From: Sulfurimonas sp. | GTDB taxonomy: Bacteria; Campylobacterota; Campylobacteria; Campylobacterales; Sulfurimonadaceae | Length of the DNA stretch: 64,000 nt | Assembly: GCF_023229105.1 (NCBI RefSeq) | Contig: NZ_JALNZY010000001.1 | Span: 1,938 to 65,937, forward strand | Direction: 5' to 3' | In this document: positions 55,615-64,000 of the stretch, piece by piece | How the letters are laid out: every line of letters begins with the position of its first letter | Numbering within the stretch: position 1 is the first letter of the stretch | The notes under the pieces: model-generated | Told to the model about the DNA's origin: nothing | Seen by the model: the letters and a program-made list of their open reading frames with translations, nothing else | Databases searched by the model: none | Program-made: the position numbers and the translations under genes

Positions 55615-57611
55615 GAGTTGTTAAAAATATATTTTTCACGTTTCTTCTGTTTGGATTTTTAGCTCCATTTTTAGTTCTTGCTTATTTTTTGCTCGAAGAA
55701 GAGTATGATATATCTTCACTTGAAAATTATAAACCACCCTTAACAACAAGGTTTTATGATAAAAACGGCGAGAAGATTGCTAATATTTTTGAAAACGAAC
55801 ATAGATATTATGCAGAGTTTAATGAGATTCCCTCGCGTGCAATTGAGGCACTTTTAGCCATAGAAGATACTACTTTCTTTGAACACCCCGGCATAAATAT
55901 AGATGCTATTTTTAGAGCGATTATTAAAGATATTAAAGCAGGAAAATTGGTTGAGGGGGCTAGTACCATAACGCAGCAGTTGGTAAAAAATAGACTTCTC
56001 ACAAGAGAGAAAAAACTCTCAAGAAAAGTTAAAGAGGTTATCTACTCATTAAAACTCGAACTGGCTTTGAGTAAAGAGGAGATACTTGAGAGGTATCTCA
56101 ATGAGATCTATTTTGGGCATGGCTATTATGGGATAAAAACAGCAGCGGACGGCTATTTCCATAAAAAACTTGATGATTTGACCCTCAAAGAGATAGCGAT
56201 ACTTGTAGGTCTGCCAAAAGCTCCAAGCACTTATGCACCAACAAAAAATTATGAAATTTCTATGGGCAGGGCAAACCGTGTGATAGCAAGAATGTATGCC
56301 CTTGGATGGTTAGATGAGCAAACATACAACAACTCCCTGCTTGAGACGCCTGAAGTTTTTGATGATACGCTGACACAAAATAACGCACCGTTTATAGTGG
56401 ATGAGATTCTAAGAAGAGCCTCGGAGTTTGGAATAGATAATATAAAAAGTGGCGGATATGAAATCTATACGACTATAGATATAAGACTTCAAAAAGCGGC
56501 GAAAGAGTCTCTCAAAAAAGCTTACGATATGTCGATTGAGAGGATTGAGAGCTATATTGCTAGTGACAAGAGAGCGTTGGCTGCAAATCCAAATTATGAG
56601 ATTGAACAAGATATAAACAGCTCTCTTTTAAATGGTGCACTTGTTTCATTGGACTCTAAAACAGGAGATATTTTAGCCCTTGTAGGAAGTGTTGATTATC
56701 AAAAAAGCTCTTATAATAGGGCAACACAGGGGCGTCGTCAGCCGGGTTCTGCATTTAAGCCTTTTATATATCAAGTTGCTGTAGATTTAGGATATTCTGG
56801 AGCGACGGAGCTAATTGATATCTCTAGAACATACACTTATGAAAAAAACGGCGAAGAGCTAAAATGGCAGCCAAAAAATTACGAGAAAAATTATAAAGGT
56901 CTTGTAACGCTAAGGGAAGCACTTGTTCACTCAAGAAATTTAGCAACTATAAACCTTGTTAATGACATTGGCTTAACGACGCTTCTTAGAGAGTTTAGGA
57001 AGTTTGGCATAGCCAATCTTCCTCCGGATTTATCTATAGCACTAGGGAGCATTACGCTCTCTCCTTTAGAGTTGGCAAAATACTATACCTCTTTTGCAAA
57101 CGGCGGTATTCAGGTCAAGCCGCATCTTGTTCGATATATAGACAAAGGTTCTGTAACCGTTTATGAGAAGAGAGAGGACGCTCGTTTTATAACGCAGGAG
57201 ACGCAAGCCTATATAATGACGAATATTCTTCAAGATGTTATAAAAAGTGGAACGGGTAGAATGGCAGATGTTAAAGGGATAGAGCTTGCTGGCAAAACAG
57301 GAACTACAAACAACAACGTAGATGCTTGGTTTGCAGGCTATTCTCCGAGTATAGAGACTGTTGTTTGGTTTGGAAATGATGATAATACCCCGATGTACAA
57401 ACGTGAAACAGGCGGAAAAGTTGCCGGACCTGCATTTGCCTTGTACTATGAGAATGTATTAGAGCTATATCCGCAGATTCAAAGAGAGTTTGTTGTGCCT
57501 GAGGGAATTATGGAAGTAAATATAAACGGTAAGAGAGAGATTTTTAGTGAGATATCAAAACCGCCTCGTGCAGAGGCGGAAGTGAATTCACAAGAGATGT
57601 TGCTTTTTTAG
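55611..57611 (+). CDS. mrcA: penicillin-binding protein 1A (transglycosylase-transpeptidase)
   Basis: AIEDTTF, GASTITQQLVKN, RQPGSAFKP, HSRN, AGKTGT. Confidence 0.95.
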   Translation: MRVVKNIFFTFLLFGFLAPFLVLAYFLLEEEYDISSLENYKPPLTTRFYDKNGEKIANIFENEHRYYAEFNEIPSRAIEALLAIEDTTFFEHPGINIDAIFRAIIKDIKAGKLVEGASTITQQLVKNRLLTREKKLSRKVKEVIYSLKLELALSKEEILERYLNEIYFGHGYYGIKTAADGYFHKKLDDLTLKEIAILVGLPKAPSTYAPTKNYEISMGRANRVIARMYALGWLDEQTYNNSLLETPEVFDDTLTQNNAPFIVDEILRRASEFGIDNIKSGGYEIYTTIDIRLQKAAKESLKKAYDMSIERIESYIASDKRALAANPNYEIEQDINSSLLNGALVSLDSKTGDILALVGSVDYQKSSYNRATQGRRQPGSAFKPFIYQVAVDLGYSGATELIDISRTYTYEKNGEELKWQPKNYEKNYKGLVTLREALVHSRNLATINLVNDIGLTTLLREFRKFGIANLPPDLSIALGSITLSPLELAKYYTSFANGGIQVKPHLVRYIDKGSVTVYEKREDARFITQETQAYIMTNILQDVIKSGTGRMADVKGIELAGKTGTTNNNVDAWFAGYSPSIETVVWFGNDDNTPMYKRETGGKVAGPAFALYYENVLELYPQIQREFVVPEGIMEVNINGKREIFSEISKPPRAEAEVNSQEMLLF

Positions 57612-57614
57612 TCA

Positions 57615-58043
57615 TTACTGCTTATATTCATCTCGCACTATGTTATGGCAGCGAAAACAAGCATGTTCTATGTAAGTATAAGCTCTTTGAGCCTCTTCAC
57701 GACGAACTATGCCTGATTGATTGCGCTTGTTTTCAATAGCATCAAGGATTATTTGAACATTATGGCTGATGATTTGCGCGCTCATAACGGCTTCGCTTGC
57801 TTTATGTTTTTTGTTTGCTGGAAGCATAGCAGTGAAGTTGTCTTTATCTCCGAGTAAATCTTGTGAATGTTGTGCAAAGCGCTTGATTGAGTCTTCAACG
57901 CCTTTTTGATCACTAGCTATAAATGACTTCTGAACTTCAGCAAGTTCTGCTCCAAGTTGTAACATATTTGACCTAAGATCGTAAGCACTAAGTGGTGTAT
58001 AAAGTAGAAATATTAAACTACCTATGAGTGTTTTTTTTAACAT
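57615..58043 (-). CDS. class II (four-helix bundle, c'-like) cytochrome c
   Basis: Signal peptide, helical body, single C-terminal CFRCH. Confidence 0.75.
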   Translation of the reverse strand: MLKKTLIGSLIFLLYTPLSAYDLRSNMLQLGAELAEVQKSFIASDQKGVEDSIKRFAQHSQDLLGDKDNFTAMLPANKKHKASEAVMSAQIISHNVQIILDAIENKRNQSGIVRREEAQRAYTYIEHACFRCHNIVRDEYKQ

Positions 58044-58201
58044 AACAGAACTCCTTTTTTTGTTGTGATTGATTGTAACATAATAATTTTAATTTATATA
58101 TAAAGTTTTTTTGAATTTTTATGAACTATTTTTGGCGTTAACATTAAGTTTTTTTTAAAGAATAGAGAGTAAAGTAGAGCAGATTTTCACAAAGGTTGTA
58201 T

Positions 58202-58930
58202 ATGAGCAAAATTATTTTAATAGCTTTTGTCTTGATACTAAATCTAAGGGCAGATGAGGCTCATGAGATTATCAAAAAACTTGATGAAAACTTCAGAGGT
58301 AAAAATATCTATATGAAGTTAGAGATGAAGATACTCTTTATGGGGCATGAGAGAAGCATGAAGATGCAGAGCTATTCTCAGGGAACCAAAAAGAGCTTTG
58401 TAAAAATTATCTATCCGCCAAAAGATGACGGCATTACCTTCTTAAGCCTTGATGGGGAGATGTGGCAGTATGTGCCCAAGATAGAGAGGATTATAAAGAT
58501 ACCTCCCTCTATGATGCTTCAAAAATGGATGGGAAGCGACATAACAAACGATGATATGGTAAAACAGAGTTCAATAGTAGAGGATTATGAGCCAAAAATC
58601 ATAAAAAAAGAGGGAAGCCTCGTAATAATTGAGCTTTTACCAAAAGAGAACGCTCCTGTTGTTTGGGGGAAGATAGTGCTAAATATAGACACTAAGACCT
58701 ATACCTCCTCTAAAGATATATTTTATGATGAAGAGGGCAAAGAGGTAAGGTATTTTATATACGAAAATGTAAAAAAAGTAGGCAACTACTATATCCCGAC
58801 ATATTGGAGAGTCCAATCAAGTGATGTTGAGGGTAGATATACGGAGATATTTTTAGAAGAGGTTGAGTATGATAGGGAAATCTCAGAGGAGTATTTTCAG
58901 AAAAGTGCTTTAAAGAGATTTTCAAAGTAA
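58202..58930 (+). CDS. outer membrane lipoprotein-sorting protein (LolA-like)
   Basis: KSFVKIIYPPKDDGITFL...MWQYVPKIERIIKI...WMGSDITNDD family motif; ATG at 58202. Confidence 0.85.
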   Translation: MSKIILIAFVLILNLRADEAHEIIKKLDENFRGKNIYMKLEMKILFMGHERSMKMQSYSQGTKKSFVKIIYPPKDDGITFLSLDGEMWQYVPKIERIIKIPPSMMLQKWMGSDITNDDMVKQSSIVEDYEPKIIKKEGSLVIIELLPKENAPVVWGKIVLNIDTKTYTSSKDIFYDEEGKEVRYFIYENVKKVGNYYIPTYWRVQSSDVEGRYTEIFLEEVEYDREISEEYFQKSALKRFSK

Positions 58931-58942
58931 GGAGGAGCCGAG

Positions 58943-60163
58943 ATGTTTAAACTGGCACTTAAAAATACTCTTTTTTACAAGGGACGCTCTACTGCAACGG
59001 CTGTTTTGACCTTTGCATCGACGATACTTTTTATACTATATATATCTCTAACAAACGGCTCTCATAACGCCATACTTGAAAATTCTCTAAAAATTTATAC
59101 GGGTGCTATAGAGATTTACCATAAAGATTATCGCGATATCGGCGGCAACGAATATCTTATACAAAATGTTAAGGCAATTACTGACAAACTAGCTAAAATA
59201 GAAGCTATTGAAGCGTACAGCACAAGATATGAGACATACGGGCTGCTCTCAAACAAAGAGCACTCTGCCGCATCCATGGTTGCAGGGATAGAGCCAGAGA
59301 AAGAGAAGATTTTAAGCTCTCTTGAGTCAGCTCTTACAGAGGGTGCTTTTTTAGATAAAAACTCCGCAAACTGTGTCTATATGGGCATTGAGCTGGCAAA
59401 AAAATTAAAGCTTGGCATCGGCGATGAGGTTGCTTTTATCGGGAGTGCGAGTGATGGCTCTTTTGCGGCTGATATTTTTAGGGTTTGTGCAACATTTAAA
59501 ACAGGCTCGTTTGAGTTTGATTCAAGTAGCTCCTTTATCGCAAGAAGCTATTTTGATGAGCTGATGTATGCAAAAAACAGAGCCTCCTATATAACTATAA
59601 AGCTCAAAAATATAGATGATGCAGAGAAGGTAAATAGTCAAATCATTACAATTATTGATGATGAAAATTTAGAGTCTCTTACATGGAAAACCCTTATGAG
59701 AAATATGGTTGAGAGTATGGAGGTTGATGCTGTTTTTGGGTATATTTCCCTCTCTTTATTTATGGTTGTAATCTTTTTTGTGATTATGATTTACGGTTTT
59801 ATAAATGTCAGCTCTCGGATAAAAGGGTTTGGTGTTTTGCGTTGCATTGGACTCTCAAAGAGAAATATTTTCTCAATTCTTTTTTATGAAATCTTGATTC
59901 TCTCTATCTTAGCGACTGTTCTAGCCACGCCGATAGCCGCTTATATCTGTTACTATTACAGTATAAATCCCATCGTGATAGAGGGGATTGCCGACATATA
60001 CAAGGATTACGGAATCGTCTTAAATGAGATACCTTTTGATTTTAATCTATTTACAATTGGCTGGAATCTAGGAGTTATCTATCTGCTAAACTTTTTGAGC
60101 ATTTTATACCCCTATATGTATATAAACTCATTTGGACCTTTTGAGGCGACAAGACATGTATAA
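58943..60163 (+). CDS. ABC transporter permease (LolE/MacB/FtsX-like)
   Basis: LALKNT...R, large periplasmic domain, LKLGIGD, RIKGFGVLRCIG. Confidence 0.9.
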   Translation: MFKLALKNTLFYKGRSTATAVLTFASTILFILYISLTNGSHNAILENSLKIYTGAIEIYHKDYRDIGGNEYLIQNVKAITDKLAKIEAIEAYSTRYETYGLLSNKEHSAASMVAGIEPEKEKILSSLESALTEGAFLDKNSANCVYMGIELAKKLKLGIGDEVAFIGSASDGSFAADIFRVCATFKTGSFEFDSSSSFIARSYFDELMYAKNRASYITIKLKNIDDAEKVNSQIITIIDDENLESLTWKTLMRNMVESMEVDAVFGYISLSLFMVVIFFVIMIYGFINVSSRIKGFGVLRCIGLSKRNIFSILFYEILILSILATVLATPIAAYICYYYSINPIVIEGIADIYKDYGIVLNEIPFDFNLFTIGWNLGVIYLLNFLSILYPYMYINSFGPFEATRHV

Positions 60164-61367
60164 GCTCATACTAAAATTAGCATGGAAAAACTCATTTTTA
60201 AGGCGTGCAAGAGTGCTCCTTGTTATCATTATGATTGCGGTGAGTATGAGCATGATGCTTGTGCTTGAAGGTGTTTATGACGGCTTGGTTAAAAATATGG
60301 TAGATAAAAACAAAAGAAGCGAGAGTGGAGATATTAGCATTTTTGCAAAAGAGTATAGGGTAAACAGAGATTTAACATACAGGATAAAAAACGCAGATGA
60401 GATAAAAGCCCAACTACAGAGCATGAAAGGCGTAGAAGCGGTTGTTTTAAGAGTAAAAGCAGACGGTCTCCTCTCTACTGCAAGAAAATCATCGTTTGCA
60501 TCTCTCATCGGCATAGATTTAAAAGAGGAGGAGCATTTTGGAAAGTTTAGCGAGTTTTTAAAAGAGGGTGTTATTGATTTGCAAAAGCAGGGTGCTATCG
60601 TAGGAATAGAGCTTGCAAAAACACTAAAGCTTCGCATAGGCTCTAAAGTCGTCTTTTCCACTCAGGACACAAAGGGCGAGATAAACTCTATAGCACTTCA
60701 TGTTAGAGCAATTGTTCAGACTACAAATATCGGACTTGATAACAGCGCTATTTTTATAGATATTAATCAGTCGCACAAATTTCTAGGAACTACCTCACAA
60801 GATGCTATGCAGATTGCTATTAGAGGCGAAGAGAGAGAGCTTTATGAAAAACTAAAGAGGGCATTTCCAAATTTAGATGTTAAAGAGTTTTTAGAACTTC
60901 AGCCCATGATGAAGATGATGCAGGATGTGATGATTATATTTAACTCCGTCACATTTTTAATAGTTATGGGCGTTGTTTTTATAGGGATTTTCGGTGTCAT
61001 GTATGTCTCTATATTGGAGAGAGTCCGTGAATTTGGCATCATGATAAGCTTAGGGATGCCCTACAGATATATAAGAGCGCAGATATTTTTAGAGTCTATA
61101 GTTGTCGGGCTTCTTGGATATCTCGGTGGAGCGGTTTTAGGAGCTGTTTTGCTTATCTATCTTGAGCGTTATGGAATAGATTTGAGTGCATTTTCAGATG
61201 CTTTGGAGATGTGGGGCTATGAAGCGGTAATATATGCCACCATAAAAGTCTCTTACTTTACTACTACGTTTGGAGCGATTATAACCGCGTCACTACTTAG
61301 TGTAATTATTCCGCTGGCAAAGATAAAAAAACTCAACCCCATAGAAGTGATAAAGGCTGACAAATGA
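60156..61367 (+). CDS. second ABC transporter permease (LolE/MacB/FtsX-like)
   Basis: Start moved to MYKLILKLAWKN at 60156; ERVREFGIMISLG. Confidence 0.9.
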   Translation: MYKLILKLAWKNSFLRRARVLLVIIMIAVSMSMMLVLEGVYDGLVKNMVDKNKRSESGDISIFAKEYRVNRDLTYRIKNADEIKAQLQSMKGVEAVVLRVKADGLLSTARKSSFASLIGIDLKEEEHFGKFSEFLKEGVIDLQKQGAIVGIELAKTLKLRIGSKVVFSTQDTKGEINSIALHVRAIVQTTNIGLDNSAIFIDINQSHKFLGTTSQDAMQIAIRGEERELYEKLKRAFPNLDVKEFLELQPMMKMMQDVMIIFNSVTFLIVMGVVFIGIFGVMYVSILERVREFGIMISLGMPYRYIRAQIFLESIVVGLLGYLGGAVLGAVLLIYLERYGIDLSAFSDALEMWGYEAVIYATIKVSYFTTTFGAIITASLLSVIIPLAKIKKLNPIEVIKADK

Positions 61368-62044
61368 TAAAATTACAAAATGTAAATAAGTATTTCTACA
61401 GAGGTGAGCCAAGAGAGGTTCATGCACTTCGTGATATAAACTTAATCATAGAAGCCGGAGAGTTTACTCTTTTTCGCGGACCTTCGGGATGCGGAAAGAC
61501 TACACTTCTAAATGTCATAGGAGCACTTGATAGCTGTGATAGCGGCGAGATTTTTCTTCAAGAAAGAGAGATAACGGCTTTGAGTGAAGGCGAGCGGACA
61601 AATTTAAGACTCCATGAGATGGGTTTTGTGTTTCAAGCCTATAATCTTATTCCTGTTTTAAATGTTGAAGAGAACATTGGCTTTGTTATGAGACTTCGTG
61701 GTTTTAGCGATAGCGATATAAAAAAAAGAGTTCTGGAGGTTGCAACGCTTTTGGAGATTGACAATAAGCTAAAATCACTTCCAAATGCTCTAAGCGGTGG
61801 ACAGCAGCAACGCGTGGCAGTCGCACGCGCAGTAGCCGCGAAACCAAAGATCATACTAGCAGACGAGCCTACCGCAAATCTTGACTCTAAGAACTCTGAG
61901 ATACTTATTGGGATGATGAGAGAGTTAAATGAGAGAGAGGAGATTAGCATCCTGTTTGCTTCACATGATGAGCTTATTATGAGAAGTGTAACGAGGATTG
62001 TTACGTTAATAGATGGCGCAGTCGCAGATGATTATAAACAATAA
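61364..62044 (+). CDS. ABC transporter ATP-binding protein (LolD-like)
   Basis: GPSGCGKTT, GFVFQAYNL, LSGGQQQRVA, ADEPTANLD. Confidence 0.93.
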   Translation: MIKLQNVNKYFYRGEPREVHALRDINLIIEAGEFTLFRGPSGCGKTTLLNVIGALDSCDSGEIFLQEREITALSEGERTNLRLHEMGFVFQAYNLIPVLNVEENIGFVMRLRGFSDSDIKKRVLEVATLLEIDNKLKSLPNALSGGQQQRVAVARAVAAKPKIILADEPTANLDSKNSEILIGMMRELNEREEISILFASHDELIMRSVTRIVTLIDGAVADDYKQ

Positions 62045-63188
62045 AAAATTACTCTTTTTTCTACCTTTTGTTGCCATAACACTCTTTGGAGATATGAGTT
62101 ATAAAGTAGAAAATACCAATATTACACTCTCGCAAGGCTCAAGCGCTGTAGAATATAAAAGGCATATTTACAATTACAATAGAGTTAGAGTTTATGCCAA
62201 CTACACAAATGAGGGCTATTTCGCAAGCGTAATTGGTGACGCGGTAAATTATTTAGGAGATAGCTATACAAGCTCAAATGGTTTTGAGTACCTAAAAAAC
62301 TCCCGTGCCAACACCCCTTTTGAGTCGCAGACAAATTTCAAAGATTATGGTGATGGTTCAGTTTATGTAAAACTCTATAGAGCCTACGTGGGGTATGAGG
62401 ATTCAAAAAACAGAGTAGTAGCAGGTTTACAAAATATATCTATGGGAGTAGGGCGTATATGGACACCGACAAATATCTTTAACCCAAAAAATAGCTATGC
62501 GATAGAGCCGGATGAGATATACGGAGTAAGTGCCGCCTCTTATGTCAGACACTTGAGTGATACCTCACATGTCACTTTTGTAGCGAGCCAAAATGCAGAA
62601 AAAAAGTTTAAGTATGCAGGAGGATACAAAGGGTATCTTGGCTTTGTGGATATTGGAGTCAATGTTGTACACTCTGAAAAAACCAAGATGCTAGGGTATG
62701 AGATAGAGGGTAATCTAGCAGATACGGGAATAGAGTTAAGAAGTGAAGCCGGTTATATAAAAAGCACCCTTTTTGATGCCCTAAACCAAGAGTATGAGGT
62801 GGAGTTTTTTCAGGGAATTTTAGGAGCGGAGTATGGCTTTAGAAATGGTGTGAGCGTGGTGTTTGAGACGTTGTACAGTTCAAAAGAGTTTACAAATGAA
62901 GAGAGACTTTTAAATATAAATTCGGATATTTTATCAAATCTCCTCAATGCTAATTTTTATGGCGGAGTTACACTATCTTATAGTTTCAATCTTTTTTTAG
63001 ATGCTTCTTTGCTTTATATAGAGAGCTTTGGTAACAAAAATTCACGTTTTATATCGCCTAGCCTAAACTATACGCTAAACGATTACAATAGTTTTACGAT
63101 AGGTGCACAGATACTAAATGGCAAAGAAGAGAGTGAGTTTGGAGCTTATGAAAACAGTTACTTTTTTAAATGGAGATTATCTTTTTAA
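62028..63188 (+). CDS. outer-membrane beta-barrel protein
   Basis: Signal peptide, LYRAYV, GVGRIWTPT.IFNP, C-terminal FKWRLSF beta-signal; start moved to 62028. Confidence 0.75.
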   Translation: MIINNKKLLFFLPFVAITLFGDMSYKVENTNITLSQGSSAVEYKRHIYNYNRVRVYANYTNEGYFASVIGDAVNYLGDSYTSSNGFEYLKNSRANTPFESQTNFKDYGDGSVYVKLYRAYVGYEDSKNRVVAGLQNISMGVGRIWTPTNIFNPKNSYAIEPDEIYGVSAASYVRHLSDTSHVTFVASQNAEKKFKYAGGYKGYLGFVDIGVNVVHSEKTKMLGYEIEGNLADTGIELRSEAGYIKSTLFDALNQEYEVEFFQGILGAEYGFRNGVSVVFETLYSSKEFTNEERLLNINSDILSNLLNANFYGGVTLSYSFNLFLDASLLYIESFGNKNSRFISPSLNYTLNDYNSFTIGAQILNGKEESEFGAYENSYFFKWRLSF

Positions 63189-63327
63189 GAGCCAAAGAGA
63201 GTTGCCCTCTTTTGCGGAGAAATTTTTCTGCCTTGTATGAGGCAAGCTTCTATAAAGAAACTTCATTTTATAGCCATAACTTCTGACGCTTTATGCGTCA
63301 AGCGTCAGTGCCACAGCGGCTAGCGTA

Positions 63328-63351
63328 GTCAAAGGAATTACTTCCTTTGAC
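63328..63351. terminator. terminator hairpin downstream of leuA
   Basis: GTCAAAGGAA-ttac-TTCCTTTGAC, perfect 10-bp stem 7 bp from the leuA stop. Confidence 0.75.
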
Positions 63352-63358
63352 GTTTATA

Positions 63359-64000
63359 TTAATGAAACGCTCTATTTAGTGCGCAAAAGAGTGCTTTTAC
63401 AGATGCTGTAGCTATATCGTTGTCTGAGCCTACTCCAAAGCATGAGAGCGTCTCTTTAGTCTCTATCTCTATATATGCGATAGCTTTTGCAGAGCTTTTG
63501 TTTCCAAAGGAGTGTTCAAAGTATGAGTTGATAGAAAACTCATTTTCGTAGTTTTTCATTAAGGCATCTTTACATGCATCAACAGGACCGTTTCCTTCTC
63601 CCTGGGCTACAATCTCTTTGCCCTCATGAGAGTAGGTCAAAGTACATTTTGAGATACCTTTTACACTAGAGACGGTAAAGTCAACTAAGGAGATATGCTC
63701 TTTTATAGCAAAATAGTTCTCGTTAAAAATTTCAAATATCTCTTCAGAGCTAAGTTCTTGTCCTTTTTTGTCACTTACTTCTTGAACTAGTTTACCGACT
63801 TCAGGGTGCATCGCTTTTGGAAGTTGATAACCAAAGTTTTTCTCTAAAATAAATGCAACCCCGCCTTTTCCAGACTGAGAATTTATGCGGATAATACTCT
63901 CATAGCTTCTTCCTACATCTTCAGGGTCTATCGGAAGATACGGAACTTCCCAGAAAATCTCATTTTTTGATTTTCTGTAAGCTAGGCCTTTATTTATAGC
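63359..64000 (-). CDS. leuA: 2-isopropylmalate synthase, C-terminal part (partial)
   Basis: Frame is open to the window edge: AINKG...WEVPYLPIDPEDVGRSYESIIRINSQSGKGG, then the regulatory domain GNGPVDA...YFEHS...A.AY.E...GVG. Confidence 0.95.
   Translation of the reverse strand, partial: AINKGLAYRKSKNEIFWEVPYLPIDPEDVGRSYESIIRINSQSGKGGVAFILEKNFGYQLPKAMHPEVGKLVQEVSDKKGQELSSEEIFEIFNENYFAIKEHISLVDFTVSSVKGISKCTLTYSHEGKEIVAQGEGNGPVDACKDALMKNYENEFSINSYFEHSFGNKSSAKAIAYIEIETKETLSCFGVGSDNDIATASVKALFCALNRAFH

Overview
This is a chromosomal window from a Campylobacterota bacterium. Gene content and order, a diheme PetC and TGnTATAAT promoters fit Sulfurimonas or a close relative best; this assignment is an inference. 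The flanks (1-26.4 kb and 49.1-64 kb) are mostly housekeeping genes: mnmG end, petABC, porin, moaA-queE-queD, moeA, rsmE, rpmE, rsmI, rlmB, hom, a PII/CBS/DUF1538 operon, an orphan Cys-type FdhF-like molybdoenzyme, alaS, maf, bioF, PBP1A, a LolA-like/ABC/beta-barrel cluster and the leuA end. Between the aldehyde dehydrogenase and alaS lies a ~22.3 kb cluster (26724-49043) of 11 c-type cytochrome genes. By manual count it has 69 CXXCH motifs plus two CX3CH and one CX12CH. It encodes a secreted tetraheme protein whose motif order matches Geobacter OmcE (a cytochrome nanowire subunit) as I recall it, and a 686-aa protein fusing an OmcE-like module to about 7 more hemes. It also encodes two NHL beta-propellers, a parvulin chaperone, a large outer-membrane beta-barrel, its own CcsBA heme lyase, an NrfJ-like protein, a NapC/NirT quinol dehydrogenase, and paralogous 12-heme and 7/8-heme cytochromes. 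Together these look like a complete quinone-pool-to-cell-surface electron conduit, possibly with a cytochrome filament, in a lineage not known to me for nanowires. All family calls come from motif recognition; no database search was run. I saw no tRNA, rRNA, CRISPR array, integrase or transposase.
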